50,430 nucleotides of DNA, taken from the NCBI GenBank assembly GCA_041307765.1, contig JBFZCW010000139.1, positions 1 through 50,430 on the forward strand. The letters are read 5' to 3'. How positions within the stretch are numbered: the stretch's first letter is position 1; every line of letters begins with the position of its first letter. Shown here piece by piece: positions 49,648 to 50,430 of this stretch. The stretch is from Chromatiaceae bacterium (GTDB lineage Bacteria > Pseudomonadota > Gammaproteobacteria > Chromatiales > Chromatiaceae). A program made the position numbers and the translations under genes. The notes beneath the pieces are model-generated. The model was not told the origin of the DNA. It worked only from the letters and a program-made list of their open reading frames with translations, and did no database searches.

Positions 49648-50130
49648 CTAGAACGGGATGTCGTCGTCGAAAGGCGGCTGCTCGACGCCGCGCTGACCGG
49701 CGCCCCCGGCCGAGGCCGGGCGCTGACCGCCACCGCTCGCACGCGGGGCGTCGCTGTCGTCATACTGGGCGGTGCCCCCGCCCGGGCGGCCATCGAGCAT
49801 CTGCATGGTCCCGTTGATGTCCACCACAACCTCCGTGGTGTAGCGGTCCTGCCCGTCCTGCCCCTGCCACTTGCGCGTGCGCAGCTTGCCCTCGACATAG
49901 ATCTTGGAGCCCTTGTGCAGGTACTGCTTGACGACCTCGGCAATCTTTCCGAAGAACACCACGCGGTGCCATTCGGTGCGCTCCTGCATCTCGCCCGTGT
50001 TCTTGTCCTTCCATGCCTCGCTGGTGGCAATGTTGACATTGGCCACGGCGTCGCCGCTTGGCATGTAGCGCACATCGGGCTCGTTGCCGAGGTTCCCGAT
50101 CAGGATGACCTTGTTGACGCCTCGTGACAT
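49648..50130 (-). CDS. ssb: single-stranded DNA-binding protein
   Basis: 160 aa. OB-fold N-terminus [18 protein letters not shown], Gly-rich linker, acidic tip DDDIPF. Confidence 0.96.
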   Translation of the reverse strand: MSRGVNKVILIGNLGNEPDVRYMPSGDAVANVNIATSEAWKDKNTGEMQERTEWHRVVFFGKIAEVVKQYLHKGSKIYVEGKLRTRKWQGQDGQDRYTTEVVVDINGTMQMLDGRPGGGTAQYDDSDAPRASGGGQRPASAGGAGQRGVEQPPFDDDIPF

Positions 50131-50206
50131 CGTACCCTCCCCTGCCCCGATGAAAGACCGCCCCCGGAGGCACGGCCGTGATTGAATCTGGCCCTGGCGC
50201 CCGGCC

Positions 50207-50430
50207 TCAGGCCCCGGCGCAAACGGTCTGTAATCTTGCCGAATCGAGTCGGCGATTGTCCACCTTGAGGTAGGCGAGGCCCTCCTCGGCGACCACCACC
50301 GCCTCCTCGACCCCCGGAATCTCCAGCAGCAGGCGCTGGACAGTCTCCGGCTCCTCGACCCCGCGGGCCCCCACCCTCACGACCCGACTGCTCACCTGGC
50401 GCGGGGGGCGCATGGGCAGCGCCACCAGGA
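50207..50430 (-). CDS. partial CDS (3' end): protein ending in an HMA/ferredoxin-like domain that lacks the CxxC metal site
   Basis: Frame is open to the window edge. C-terminal ...[41 protein letters not shown] follows the beta-alpha-beta-beta pattern of heavy-metal-associated domains, but the GMxCxxC position reads GARGVEE. Confidence 0.35.
   Translation of the reverse strand, partial: LVALPMRPPRQVSSRVVRVGARGVEEPETVQRLLLEIPGVEEAVVVAEEGLAYLKVDNRRLDSARLQTVCAGA

Overview
GC-rich chromosomal core-genome segment of a gammaproteobacterium. Hand counts of typical 60-nt lines give mid-60s to about 70% G+C. A rhd-tusA-dsrE2 sulfur-relay trio next to cysG points to a sulfur-oxidising, Chromatiales-like host (inference). 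I support about 50 tightly packed protein genes. They include cysG, a small alarmone hydrolase, two dihaem cytochromes c, a PCuAC copper chaperone, mtfA, nhaD and tsaC-purE. The conserved block topA-smg-dprA-LysM(TsaP-like) / def-fmt-rsmB-DUF4390-ntrY-ntrX is present. So are malQ, pgpA-thiL-nusB-ribH-ribBA-ribE-ribD-nrdR-glyA, tal, rsmA, lon and ssb-rfbBADC. I saw no rRNA, tRNA, CRISPR array, IS element or integrase. The ORF track uses alternative start codons and often over-extends N-termini through upstream in-frame sequence, so I trimmed starts using recognisable conserved N-termini, SD sequences and neighbouring stop codons. Many long ORFs are antisense or alternate-frame shadows typical of high-GC DNA and were rejected. 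Most worth a second look: (1) a minus-strand operon encoding a CHAD protein, an orphan ParA-like ATPase, an exported rhodanese and a CarS/DUF46-like membrane protein (37943-41669), a possible ParA-type positioning module for polyphosphate granules. (2) A PCuAC copper chaperone translationally coupled to a GDP-hexose-phosphorylase-like HIT protein. (3) A single low-GC hemerythrin-like gene with an FNR-type palindrome. (4) An NtrX-type regulator with a degenerate Walker A. (5) A perfect 12-bp hairpin in the def leader. All functional calls come from motif recognition by eye; no database search was possible.
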